DNA of 64,000 nt from Candidatus Latescibacterota bacterium (GTDB taxonomy: Bacteria > Latescibacterota > UBA2968 > UBA8231): the NCBI GenBank assembly GCA_965221775.1, contig CBDCSU010000006.1, forward strand, positions 384,001 to 448,000. Reading direction: 5' to 3'. This document shows, piece by piece, positions 1 to 8,547 of this stretch. Under the pieces are notes generated by a model that had not been told where the DNA came from, made no database searches, and saw only the letters and a program-made list of their open reading frames with translations. A program made the position numbers and the translations under genes. How positions within the stretch are numbered: position 1 is the stretch's first letter; each line of letters starts with the position of its first letter.

Positions 1-610
1 TGTCGAGGACAGCGCCGTCCCAGCGGTAGTCGGCGCACCAGATGTCCTCGCACAGCTGCGCCCCGAAGCGGAAGCGCCCGCCCCCGCGGCGCGGCACCTC
101 GAAGGGCACCGTCCAGTCGGAGAGGGGCCGCCCCTGCTCGTCGGCCAGCTTGCGCACCGAGTAGAAGTGCCGGTCGTCGTCGAAGAACCGGTAGTTGGGG
201 TGCAGGGTCTTGGGCTGGCAGCCGGCCGGCAGCCCCGGCGGCAGGCCCGGGCGCTCGACCCAGCGGCCGTCGTGGCAGACGCGCGCCGTGTTGTACTTGC
301 GCGGGCGCCCGTCCTCCCCGAGGGCGCCGGGGTCGCGGACGACGTTGCCGAAGAGGACGGTCACGCCGTCGCCGGCGGCGCGCACCTCCTCGCTGAAGGC
401 GGCCCAGTCCTCGACGAGGGCGTCCACCTCCCAGAGGTCGCCGACGATGTACCCGGAGAGGCACATCTCCGGGAAGGCGACGATCTCGGCGCCGCCCTCC
501 CGGGCCTGGGCGATCAGCCTTTGAACGCGGCGGGCGTTGGCCTCCGGCCGCCCCGGCAGCACCTCCATCTGCGCCAGGGCGATGCGCGGCAGCTGATGGA
601 GGCGGGACAT
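1..610 (-). CDS. nadE: Glutamine-dependent NAD+ synthetase, N-terminal carbon-nitrogen hydrolase domain (partial, runs off window start)
   Basis: Own translation from ATG 610: MSRLHQLPRIALAQMEVLPGRPEAN...IVAFPEMCLSGY...KTLHPNYRFFDDDRHF...QLCEDIW; nitrilase E/K/C triad motifs; downstream of pncA/pncB. Confidence 0.85.
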   Translation of the reverse strand, partial: MSRLHQLPRIALAQMEVLPGRPEANARRVQRLIAQAREGGAEIVAFPEMCLSGYIVGDLWEVDALVEDWAAFSEEVRAAGDGVTVLFGNVVRDPGALGEDGRPRKYNTARVCHDGRWVERPGLPPGLPAGCQPKTLHPNYRFFDDDRHFYSVRKLADEQGRPLSDWTVPFEVPRRGGGRFRFGAQLCEDIWCADYRWDGAVLD

Positions 611-626
611 GCCGCGGCCGGTCCGC

Positions 627-1766
627 CTAGCCGGCGGCCACCGCCTCGCTGCGGCGGGCGGCGCGGATGCACTCGCCGAGCAGCAGGATGCCCTCGCGGA
701 CGCTGTCCGCCGGCGCCTGTCCGAAGGCGAGACGGATGTTCGGCACGTCCTCGCCGCGCACGTGGAAGCCGCGGCCCCGGGCGAAGCGGACGCCGCGCTC
801 GTCGGCCAGCTCCTGCAGGCGGTCGAGGTCGATGTCGTCGGGCAGCTTCACCCAGATGAACAGCCCGCCCACGGGACGCGACCACGTGCAGATGTCGCCG
901 ACGCTCTCCTGCAGGCCGGCGAAGACGTCGTCCCGCTTGCGCTTGAGGGCGGCGTTGGTGCGCTCGCAGTGCTCCCAGAGACGACCGCGGAAGAACTCGG
1001 CCAGCACCGACGCGGCGAGCAGGCTGTTGCCGCCGTCGTAGCGCCGGTCGAGGACGCGCTGCAGCATCGGCGGCTGCGCCAGGATGTAGCCCATGCGCAC
1101 GCCGGGGCCCAGGATCTTGGAGAGGGAGCAGATGTAGATGTGGTCGGCCTCGGGGTCGAGGGCGTAGAGGGCGGGCGGCTTCGGCCCCTCGAAGTGGACG
1201 TCGCCGTAGCAGTTGTCCTCCACCAGGGGCACCCCGTGGCGGCGGGCCACCTCGATCAGCTCCAGGCGGCGGGCCCTCGGCATGACCGCCCCGGTGGGGT
1301 TCTGGTAGGTGGGCAGGGTGTAGACGAAGCACGCCGGCGTGCCGGCCCGCTCCAGCTCGTGCAGCCTGTCGTCGAGGGCGTCGGCGCGCAGGCCCTCCTC
1401 GTCGAGGGCGACGCCCTCCAGGCGCAGGCCGAGGCGGCGGTAGGCGCCGATCGTGCCCGAGTAGGTCAACTCCTCGCAGACGACCACGTTGTCGCCGCCG
1501 CCGGTGAGGGCCTCGGCCACCAGGGTCACCGCCTGCATGGAGCCGTTCATGAGGGAGATGTGGTCGGGCGATACCTCGATCCCCTCGCGGTCGGACTCGC
1601 GGGCCGCCATGACCTCGCGCAGACCGGGGTGGCCCAGATCGCCGGGGTACAGGGTGAAGCCCTCGCCCACGCCGGAGATCCCCCGGGCGGCGGCCTCGGC
1701 CAGCTCCGCCACGGGGAAGGTCTCGGGGTTCGTGCAGCCGCCGCCGAAGTCGTAAACGCCACTCAT
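627..1766 (-). CDS. PLP-dependent aminotransferase, class I/II (MocR/LysN-like)
   Basis: YTLPTYQNPTG, LVEDNCYG, SLSKILGPGVRMG (PLP lysine), PVGGLFIW. Confidence 0.9.
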   Translation of the reverse strand: MSGVYDFGGGCTNPETFPVAELAEAAARGISGVGEGFTLYPGDLGHPGLREVMAARESDREGIEVSPDHISLMNGSMQAVTLVAEALTGGGDNVVVCEELTYSGTIGAYRRLGLRLEGVALDEEGLRADALDDRLHELERAGTPACFVYTLPTYQNPTGAVMPRARRLELIEVARRHGVPLVEDNCYGDVHFEGPKPPALYALDPEADHIYICSLSKILGPGVRMGYILAQPPMLQRVLDRRYDGGNSLLAASVLAEFFRGRLWEHCERTNAALKRKRDDVFAGLQESVGDICTWSRPVGGLFIWVKLPDDIDLDRLQELADERGVRFARGRGFHVRGEDVPNIRLAFGQAPADSVREGILLLGECIRAARRSEAVAAG

Positions 1767-1782
1767 CTGGAGATCTCCTGTC

Positions 1783-2796
1783 TCAGGTCAGCTCGAGCAA
1801 CTCGAGCCGTGGATTGTCGGTGCGGCCGGGGCGCCGGCCGCGCTTGGCCACGGGGAGGCCGTCCACCTCCTTCACGTCGGCGGTGAAGTCGACGGCCGGG
1901 GCGCCGCTGATGGCGCTGCCGACGCCGTACCCGTCCACCGGGGCGCCGGCCTCCCGGAAGGCGCGGATGCGCTCCGGCGTGATGCCGCCGGAGACGAGGA
2001 TCCTCACGCCGCCGTGACCGCCGGCGTCGAGCCGCGACCGCACGCGGGCCACCAGCTCGGGCGTGACCCCGCCCAACTCGGAGGGCGTGTCGAGACGCAC
2101 CGCCCACAGCCGCTCCCCCATCGCCTCGGCGACCCTGACGCTCTCCTCGGCCTCGTCGAGGAAGGTGTCCACCAGGACGGTGCGCCCCACCGCCGGATCG
2201 ATGTGCCGGTCGAAGGCGAAGGCCGCCTCAAGGGTGTCGCCGAAGAGCAGCACCAGGGCGTGGGGCAGGGTGCCCGTCGCCTCCAGGCCGGACAGGGCGG
2301 CGCCGGCCGGGGTGGCGCAGCCGCTGCAGCCGCCGACGACGGCGGCGTACTCCAGGCGCGGGCTGACGTCGGGATGGACGTGGCGGGCCCCGAAGTGGAC
2401 CACGGCCACCCCCCCGGCCTCGGCGACGCAGGCCGCCGCCGCCGTGGCCCATCCCGTCTCGCTGGCCAGGGCGCCGAGGAGGGCCGTCTCGTAGAGACCG
2501 AAGGCGCGGTACGGACCGGCGACGCGCAGCACCACCTCTCCCGGCTCGAACCAACAACCCTCCGGCAGTCGCTCCACGGAAGCCGCCGCGGCCCCGGCCA
2601 GGGCGCTGCGCAGCAACTGCTCCACCTCGCGCATGCCGCACAGCAGCGCCCGCCGGCGGGCGAAGACCTCGACCACCGCCGCCGGGTCCCGGCCCTCGGC
2701 CTCGAGGACCTGGCGCGAGCGCAGGAAGTAGACGTCGGCGTTCTCTCCCGTCAGAGTCGCCGGGGACGGCTCGAACCCCGGGGGAGCGGCCGGCAT
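1783..2796 (-). CDS. pncB: Nicotinate phosphoribosyltransferase (short type)
   Basis: DVYFLR, HFGARH, GTLPHAL, LVDTF, VRLDTP, VSGGI, YGVGS, KRGR; start moved to ATG 2796 just after the pncA stop. Confidence 0.88.
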   Translation of the reverse strand: MPAAPPGFEPSPATLTGENADVYFLRSRQVLEAEGRDPAAVVEVFARRRALLCGMREVEQLLRSALAGAAAASVERLPEGCWFEPGEVVLRVAGPYRAFGLYETALLGALASETGWATAAAACVAEAGGVAVVHFGARHVHPDVSPRLEYAAVVGGCSGCATPAGAALSGLEATGTLPHALVLLFGDTLEAAFAFDRHIDPAVGRTVLVDTFLDEAEESVRVAEAMGERLWAVRLDTPSELGGVTPELVARVRSRLDAGGHGGVRILVSGGITPERIRAFREAGAPVDGYGVGSAISGAPAVDFTADVKEVDGLPVAKRGRRPGRTDNPRLELLELT

Positions 2797-2798
2797 GG

Positions 2799-3326
2799 TC
2801 AGCGGTTGGTGACCCGGGCGCCGAGGATCTTCTCCATGTGATCCAGGGCCCACTCGTGCTGCCGCGGGTCGAAGCTGGCCACGCAGTCGGCGGGCACCTC
2901 GACCTCGTAGTCGCGGTTGCGCAGCCCGGCCACCGTGTGCAGCACGCAGATGTCGGTGCAGTCCCCCATGACCACCACCCGCTCGGGGCCCAGCTGTTCG
3001 AGCTGCTCGGCCAGGTCGGTCTCGAAGAACGCGGAGTAGCGGCGCTTGACCACGCGCCTCGCTTCGGAGGCCAGGTCGGCGAGCTCGTCGATGATCTCTT
3101 CCTCGCCCGAGCCGGCCACGCAGTGGGGCGGGAACATCTTGAACTCGGCGTCGTCGGGCTCGTGGGTGTCCTGGGTGAAGAACAGGGCGGCGCCGGCGGC
3201 CTTCTCGCGCTCGACGCGGGAGCGCACCGGCGAGATGATCTGCCGCGCTCCCTCACCGCAGAACAGGGTGCCTCCGGGCTCCATGAAGCCCTTCTGCATG
3301 TCGACGATGATCACCGCGTTGGCCAT
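2799..3326 (-). CDS. pncA: Nicotinamidase / isochorismatase-family cysteine hydrolase
   Basis: IIVDMQKGF, DTH, FPPHC, KRRYSAF, GDCTDICV; adjacent to pncB; AGGAGG RBS upstream. Confidence 0.85.
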   Translation of the reverse strand: MANAVIIVDMQKGFMEPGGTLFCGEGARQIISPVRSRVEREKAAGAALFFTQDTHEPDDAEFKMFPPHCVAGSGEEEIIDELADLASEARRVVKRRYSAFFETDLAEQLEQLGPERVVVMGDCTDICVLHTVAGLRNRDYEVEVPADCVASFDPRQHEWALDHMEKILGARVTNR

Positions 3327-3472
3327 GGGTGGTTCCTCCTGCGCCGCTAAGTTACGGCGGCCCTGCCCGGAGGGAAACGCAGTCGCGGGGCCGGTCCTCC
3401 CGCCCGGCGTCTTGACCGGTCGACCCGAAGGGCGCCGATTACGGCGGACACGACCGCGCTCGCAGCGAGGGG

Positions 3473-4951
3473 ATGGCGATGAGCACCGAGTTGTATCCCG
3501 GCAAGCACCTCTTCGTCGACGACTTCCGCATCCAGGAGATGCGCGCCGCCCGCCGCGTGTTGCACCAGCCGGTGAAGCACGCGGACAACCCGGTCCTGGG
3601 GACGGAGCGCCCCTGGGAGGAAACGGCGGTCCACGCCGGTCACTTCCTCCACGACGGGGACCGCGGCTGTTTCCGCCTGTGGTACACCTCCCAAGCCGGC
3701 ACCGTCATCGGCACGCGCGTGCTGGTCCGCGACAATCCTCCCAAGGAGGTCCGGGAGTCCCACATCTGCTACGCCGAGTCCGCCGACGGCGTCCACTGGG
3801 ACCGCCCGGACCTGGGGATCACCGCCCAACAGAGGTATCCCGGCAACAACATCGTCATCCCCTCCATGCGCCCGCCCGGCCGCGCCGAGTTGTCGCACTT
3901 GGTGGACGACCCCGCCGACCCCGACCCGGAGCAGCGCTTCCGCATGATCTACCTCGACCAGGCCGAGGACGGAGCCCCCGGCGGCGGCCTGGCGCCGGAT
4001 CAGAAGCTCCGCCTCCACGCCCACTCGGCCGACGGCATCCACTGGACCCGCACGCCGCGGCAGCAGGGAGGTCCCTCCCGTCTCTTCGGCGTCCTCGCCT
4101 ACCTCGACGAGGAGCCGCGGGGAGAGCTGCGGCCCGAGGCCCGCTACATCCTCTACGGCCAGCGCGGCTCCCCCTGGAAGACGCGCCAGATCGGGCGGCG
4201 GGACAGCGACGACTTCGTCCACTGGAGCGGCAACCGCCCCGTCCTGGAGAGCCGCCCCGGCGACACCCCCGGCCTGGAGTTCTACTACCTGCAGGGAGCG
4301 GTGCGGAACCAGACCTACGCCGGCCTTCACCTCGGCATGCTCGGCGCCTACCACGCCGACCTGCGGCGCAAGTACGACCCGGCGCGCAACGACGGCGTCA
4401 CCGACTGCCAGCTGGCCTGGAGCCGCGACTCGGTCCGCTGGGAGCGCTGGCCCGAGCCCTTCATCCCGCGCGGCGAGCCGGGCGCCTTCGACTGGGGCGG
4501 CGTCTACTGCGAGTACCCCGCCATCGCGGAGGACCGTCTCTACTTCCTGTACACCGGCGGCAGCACCTGGCACGGACAGCGGGGCACGTCCACCCTCGGC
4601 CTGGCCACGCTGCGGCTGGACGGCTTCGTCTCCGTGCAGAGCGAGGGTTTCACGGAAGGGGTGGTGGTCACGCGCCCCCATCACTGGCGGGCCCTCGAGC
4701 TGCGGGTCAACGTGCAGTCGCTGACCGGCGGCCTCAAGGCGCAGCTCGAGGACGAGACGGGCCGCGCCTTCGAGGGCTTCTCCACCGGGGACGTGGAGCC
4801 CGTCCGCGCCGACGCCGTGGACGCAGCAGTGAGCTGGAAGGGAAAGGCCCGCGACCTGCGCGAGCTGAAGGGCCGCATGGTGGCCCTGCGGTTCACCCTG
4901 GGACCGGAGGACCGGCTCTATTCCTACACGCTGGTGCCGGCCTGTACATGA
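3473..4951 (+). CDS. Hypothetical protein; probable five-bladed beta-propeller (GH32/43-clan-like) plus C-terminal beta-sandwich
   Basis: HLFVDD start, repeated S-x-DG-x-x-W boxes (ESADGVHWDRPDLG, HSADGIHW, WSRDSVRW), LRLDGFVS. Confidence 0.75.
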   Translation: MAMSTELYPGKHLFVDDFRIQEMRAARRVLHQPVKHADNPVLGTERPWEETAVHAGHFLHDGDRGCFRLWYTSQAGTVIGTRVLVRDNPPKEVRESHICYAESADGVHWDRPDLGITAQQRYPGNNIVIPSMRPPGRAELSHLVDDPADPDPEQRFRMIYLDQAEDGAPGGGLAPDQKLRLHAHSADGIHWTRTPRQQGGPSRLFGVLAYLDEEPRGELRPEARYILYGQRGSPWKTRQIGRRDSDDFVHWSGNRPVLESRPGDTPGLEFYYLQGAVRNQTYAGLHLGMLGAYHADLRRKYDPARNDGVTDCQLAWSRDSVRWERWPEPFIPRGEPGAFDWGGVYCEYPAIAEDRLYFLYTGGSTWHGQRGTSTLGLATLRLDGFVSVQSEGFTEGVVVTRPHHWRALELRVNVQSLTGGLKAQLEDETGRAFEGFSTGDVEPVRADAVDAAVSWKGKARDLRELKGRMVALRFTLGPEDRLYSYTLVPACT

Positions 4952-4954
4952 AGA

Positions 4955-4980
4955 AGGGCCCGGGAGTTGTCCCGGGCCCT
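4955..4980. terminator. Hairpin terminator between convergent genes
   Basis: AGGGCCCGGGA-GTTG-TCCCGGGCCCT, perfect 11-bp stem; short U-rich run (TCTT) follows on the minus strand. Confidence 0.65.
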
Positions 4981-5093
4981 CCGAGCGACCGGCCCCGCCT
5001 CGATTGACGGCGTCGCGCCGCTATGCGGCCGGCCGATGGCCCCCAAGGAAAGAGGAAGAATCTTCCTCTGTCAAGGGACATGCAGGCCGCCGT

Positions 5094-5315
5094 TCAATCT
5101 TCCCGCCTGCTCTCGAAGTTGACCTCGTATCTCTCTGCGTCGATCTGATCGTGCGGCGGCTCGAGTCCGACCTCGAACAGGGTGGCGCGTCCATTGCCGA
5201 GAATGCCGTACCGCGTGGTGCTGGCCGAATCCAGGGCCCGGCCCTCCGCATCGAAGACGATGATCGTCATCTTGACGCCTTCATCGCTGTCGAAGCCGTC
5301 CCCGGAATTGCGCAC
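5094..5315 (-). CDS. Small hypothetical protein or C-terminal gene remnant (FxLYD/Ig-like beta strands)
   Basis: AGGAGG then GTG 5315: VRNSGDGFDSDEGVKMTIIVFDAEGRALDSASTT...FEVGLEPPHDQIDAERYEVNFESRRED. Confidence 0.4.
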   Translation of the reverse strand: MRNSGDGFDSDEGVKMTIIVFDAEGRALDSASTTRYGILGNGRATLFEVGLEPPHDQIDAERYEVNFESRRED

Positions 5316-5326
5316 CAGCACTCCTC

Positions 5327-6196
5327 CTAAAGGAACCGGGTGATGCCGAAGCCGGTGCGCCAGTTGTCCGGCGCGGCGTCGTAAGGCGCTCCCACGAGAA
5401 ACTGCGACGGACTGAGGCGCGTGTTGTTGGTGGCGATGAGGTAGAAGGTGTGCCCGCCCGTATCGAGGGAGAGACCCCAGGCCAGCGAGTGGTGGGAGCG
5501 CCCGCTCTCGCCCGGAGACAGGATGCCCTGGTAGCCCGCCAGGGCGGGGCTGTATTCCACCAGGACTCCCCAGGCGTGGTTGAAGAAGTACTGGACATAG
5601 GTGCCCAGGGTGACGGTGTACTGGGGATCGACGCTGAAGATGGCGCTGTTGTAGACGCAGGAAGGCACCAGGCCCAGGCCCAGCCTGTCGTCCACCATCG
5701 TGTTGAGGACGAGCTGGCCGTAGTACTGGAAGTTGTCGGCCGCGAGGGCGCCCCGGTCGACGATGGCCGGGATGTCCGTGTTCCAGGCGGCGCCCGCGTT
5801 CAGGGCGAGGACGGCGGGGAAGCGATCGTGGCGGAACTGCAGCCACCGGTAGCGAAGCTGCAGGTCGTAGTTGTCCAGCACGTTGCTCCGCCCCAGGGTC
5901 AGCATCATGCGGCCGCTGATCCCGTAGCTGACGGACATGCGGATGTTGGCCGGCCCGTCGAAGCCGAAGTTGGCCTTGTAGCCCCTGTCGATGGGCGGCA
6001 GGAAGCGATGGGAGATCTCGTAGTGGAAGGTGCCCCGGTAGAGGGTTTCGGTGGTGGGATGGTTGGGCGTGACGAGGGCGCGGAACAACTCGACACCCGC
6101 CCCGGGAGAGGCGCTCGCCTGCCACGAGGGCTGGGCGCCGGCCAGGGCCGGAAGGAGCCCGAAGACGGCCGCAAGGCGGAGAATACGCAGTCTCAT
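5327..6196 (-). CDS. DUF5777-family outer-membrane beta-barrel protein
   Basis: Signal peptide; FHYEISHRF, NFGFDGPANIR, DTGGHTFYL..TN, GFGITRFL C-terminus; ATG 6196 overlaps the yceI stop. Confidence 0.78.
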   Translation of the reverse strand: MRLRILRLAAVFGLLPALAGAQPSWQASASPGAGVELFRALVTPNHPTTETLYRGTFHYEISHRFLPPIDRGYKANFGFDGPANIRMSVSYGISGRMMLTLGRSNVLDNYDLQLRYRWLQFRHDRFPAVLALNAGAAWNTDIPAIVDRGALAADNFQYYGQLVLNTMVDDRLGLGLVPSCVYNSAIFSVDPQYTVTLGTYVQYFFNHAWGVLVEYSPALAGYQGILSPGESGRSHHSLAWGLSLDTGGHTFYLIATNNTRLSPSQFLVGAPYDAAPDNWRTGFGITRFL

Positions 6197-6774
6197 TCGT
6201 TCACCTCCGGTTCGGCAAGGGAGACCGAGACCTCCAGGTCGATCTTCTGGCTCACCTTGACGAAGGCGGCCAGGGAGGGAGCCTCGATGCCGTAGTCGGC
6301 CAGCTCTATCGAGAAGGCGGCCTCGACCTTGGAGCGCTCCCCTTCCACCACCACGAGGCCGGGCACGCCGATGGCGCGATCGACCCCGTGCAGGGACAGG
6401 GTGCCCCGGGTCTCGACACGAAGGGCGGTCACCGACGAATCGACGGCAGCCAGCCCGGTGATCTCCCCCTTGTACACCGCCTTGGGCCACTTGTCCGTGT
6501 CGAGGACCTCGCGCATGTCGCGGTCCCTCTTGCCTATGCCGCTGTCGAAGCTGGCCAGGTTCACCTCGAAGTGGAGCTGGCTGTTCTCCACCGAGAGGGA
6601 ATCCCCTTCCCAGTAGATGAAGCCGTCTATCTGGTCGGTCTCCCCGGTGAAGGTGAAGGCGGCCACGCTCGAGGTGTACTCGACCTGGTTCCCCCCGGCC
6701 TTCCTGTCCACGTGCCACTCGCCCCCCTCGACCGCGGCAGGAAGGCAGATCAGCAAGACAAGGAACCCGCGCAT
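6193..6774 (-). CDS. YceI-family lipid/polyisoprenoid-binding protein
   Basis: Signal peptide; FDSGIGKRDRDMREVLDTDKWP, GTLSLHGV, LADYGIEAP. Confidence 0.85.
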   Translation of the reverse strand: MRGFLVLLICLPAAVEGGEWHVDRKAGGNQVEYTSSVAAFTFTGETDQIDGFIYWEGDSLSVENSQLHFEVNLASFDSGIGKRDRDMREVLDTDKWPKAVYKGEITGLAAVDSSVTALRVETRGTLSLHGVDRAIGVPGLVVVEGERSKVEAAFSIELADYGIEAPSLAAFVKVSQKIDLEVSVSLAEPEVNE

Positions 6775-6784
6775 CGGTCGGCCC

Positions 6785-7189
6785 TCAGTCCCTCGGGGCT
6801 CCCCTCTCGATCCAGGCGCGCACGATCTCGAGGGAAGCCTCATCCAGGTACGGCCCGCCGAGGGGCATGCGCCCGCCGGAGATCGGGGCCTCAGGCAACA
6901 GCTTGAGATACAGGTAGCTGCTGTCCGGAAGGCCCGGGTACACCAGGGGAAGACCTTGGGTGCTCTCGATGTCGACGATGTTCCCGTACGCCTTGCCGGC
7001 GGACAGGTCGGGCCAGGCGCTGCCGCCATGGCAGCCGCTGGAGGCGCACGAGACATCGAAGATCCGGGTCTGTACCCGCTCGAAGGTCGCCGGCCCTTCG
7101 GGGGCGGAATCGAAGACCATGTCCGTGGTGGTGGTCAGGTCGCAGGCCGCGGCGATCACCGTCAAGGCGAGCAGGAACAGCTTTCTCAT
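6785..7189 (-). CDS. Lipoprotein, mono-heme c-type cytochrome (planctomycete cytochrome C-like)
   Basis: Lipobox IAAAC; CASSGCH heme motif; PGLPDSSYLYLKL; RMPLGG (candidate Met ligand); IVRAWIERGA. Confidence 0.75.
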   Translation of the reverse strand: MRKLFLLALTVIAAACDLTTTTDMVFDSAPEGPATFERVQTRIFDVSCASSGCHGGSAWPDLSAGKAYGNIVDIESTQGLPLVYPGLPDSSYLYLKLLPEAPISGGRMPLGGPYLDEASLEIVRAWIERGAPRD

Positions 7190-7246
7190 TGTCTCTGAGC
7201 CCAGGTGAGGGTTGGGCATTTGCCAGCGGACCCCGGGCTCTCAGAC

Positions 7247-7966
7247 CTATCGGAAATCACTTCGGATCTGCTCCAGGCGGTCAATCCCTGGATCCAAGCC
7301 AAATCTGCGGAAGAGCTCACGCGCCCATGCCAATCCAATCGACCGTGTCTCCGCGACTAGCTCATCCCGCGGGAATTCCTGACCCCTAGGGAATCCATCG
7401 ATATGTGCCGTTGGGGGTTCCTCCCAAGTCGGAATCGGATGGCCGTGATCCAGCCATAGTACCCTTCCACAGAGTCTCGTCGGAGTGATCTCAACCCCGA
7501 TACGACTTGAGCCCGCTTCGCTTAGAGAGAGGGCAGAAGCAAACTCCATGAACTCTGCATATCGACAGACGATGTCCCCAGCACCCAGTAGTGGTTGTCG
7601 GGAAGGATCGGCTGGCGGCTGCTGGGTCCAACTTGAGGTGCTTCTCGTCCAGTCAAGAAGGAACGCTCCAAAGTAGATGAATTGGCCACTCTGACAAAAA
7701 CGCCAGAATTCCTTGATATCCGGGAAGTCGCTGCCGCCCTCCAGATTGACGGCCTGTTCAATGTAGTCGGTACCAAACTTGGGCCCTCTGCTTCGGTCCA
7801 CATGCGGAAAGTCCCAGCCGCCGCGTAGCTGGACCGAAGAGCGCTGGAGTATCCCTTCAAGATCTGTGATACTCGGAACGCGCTCTTTGTGGGGGAATGG
7901 GCGAAGGACGAGCTTCCAATGCCCCTTGGACTTGATCTGTCGGAGCGTCTCTATGGTCTCACTCAT
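7247..7966 (-). CDS. Hypothetical protein, partner of the Schlafen/AlbA_2 protein
   Basis: ATG 7966 overlaps upstream stop (ATGAGTGA); motifs SSVQLRGGWDFPH and EFWRFCQSGQF; lower GC than flanks. Confidence 0.75.
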   Translation of the reverse strand: MSETIETLRQIKSKGHWKLVLRPFPHKERVPSITDLEGILQRSSVQLRGGWDFPHVDRSRGPKFGTDYIEQAVNLEGGSDFPDIKEFWRFCQSGQFIYFGAFLLDWTRSTSSWTQQPPADPSRQPLLGAGDIVCRYAEFMEFASALSLSEAGSSRIGVEITPTRLCGRVLWLDHGHPIPTWEEPPTAHIDGFPRGQEFPRDELVAETRSIGLAWARELFRRFGLDPGIDRLEQIRSDFR

Positions 7967-8546
7967 CGAGATCCCTGATTTCTTGGTCAAAGAGATCGTC
8001 ATCATTGCGAACAGGGACTTCGGCCGCCTGGAGACGTCTGAATCGACGGAGAACCTTTTCTGTAGCCAATTCCAGAAGCTCGCGCATCTCAGCAGAGTTG
8101 GGAATCTCGGAACTCTCGATCCGTCCTCGTCTTCTGACGTAGCATGCCCCGTCCCGTAGGATTCCCTGGTATTCCTTCTTGCACAAGACTGGTACTTCCG
8201 GGAACTCGTCAACCCTGATGACGACGAGGCTCTTCCCGTCGACTGACATCAGTTCGATATGTACGGTGACGAAGGGATCAGCGTAGGCATTGACGCCACC
8301 AGAAACACCTTCCTGACCCCAAGTGCTCAGATCCTCATCATTGACACCGACTAGCTTGAGTGCCCCTCCGTCCTCCTCTACCCCTATCACAACATGCCCC
8401 CCATTTCGACGGTTCGAGAGAGCCAGAACAGCCCGGACAACCTTTGCGAACCCTTTTTTGTTGGTCCGAGGCCCAGACGCCTTGCACTCCACTCCCGGTG
8501 TCTCGTGACCCAGAGACAGCAGCTGTTTCAACTCTTGCTCGGTCAT
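7959..8546 (-). CDS. Schlafen/AlbA_2-domain protein (stand-alone)
   Basis: GHETPGVECKAS, VLALSNRRNGGHVVIGVEED, LVVIRVDEF, GACYVRR. Confidence 0.85.
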   Translation of the reverse strand: MTEQELKQLLSLGHETPGVECKASGPRTNKKGFAKVVRAVLALSNRRNGGHVVIGVEEDGGALKLVGVNDEDLSTWGQEGVSGGVNAYADPFVTVHIELMSVDGKSLVVIRVDEFPEVPVLCKKEYQGILRDGACYVRRRGRIESSEIPNSAEMRELLELATEKVLRRFRRLQAAEVPVRNDDDLFDQEIRDLDE

Positions 8547-8547
8547 C

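Noticed and set aside
3327-3472. Possible NAD-related riboswitch upstream of pncA
   Set aside because: No recognisable conserved riboswitch sequence; GC-rich pairing is expected by chance. An Rfam/Infernal scan would settle it.
5051-5074. Palindrome AGAGGAAGA-A-TCTTCCTCT next to a minus-strand TTGACA, considered as a MerR-type promoter
   Set aside because: No credible -10 box or downstream gene; could be a weak terminator but cannot be supported.
7967-8212. N-terminal extension of the 7247..8212 ORF
   Set aside because: Overlaps the AlbA_2 gene in another frame; the coupled ATG at 7966 is the more plausible start.
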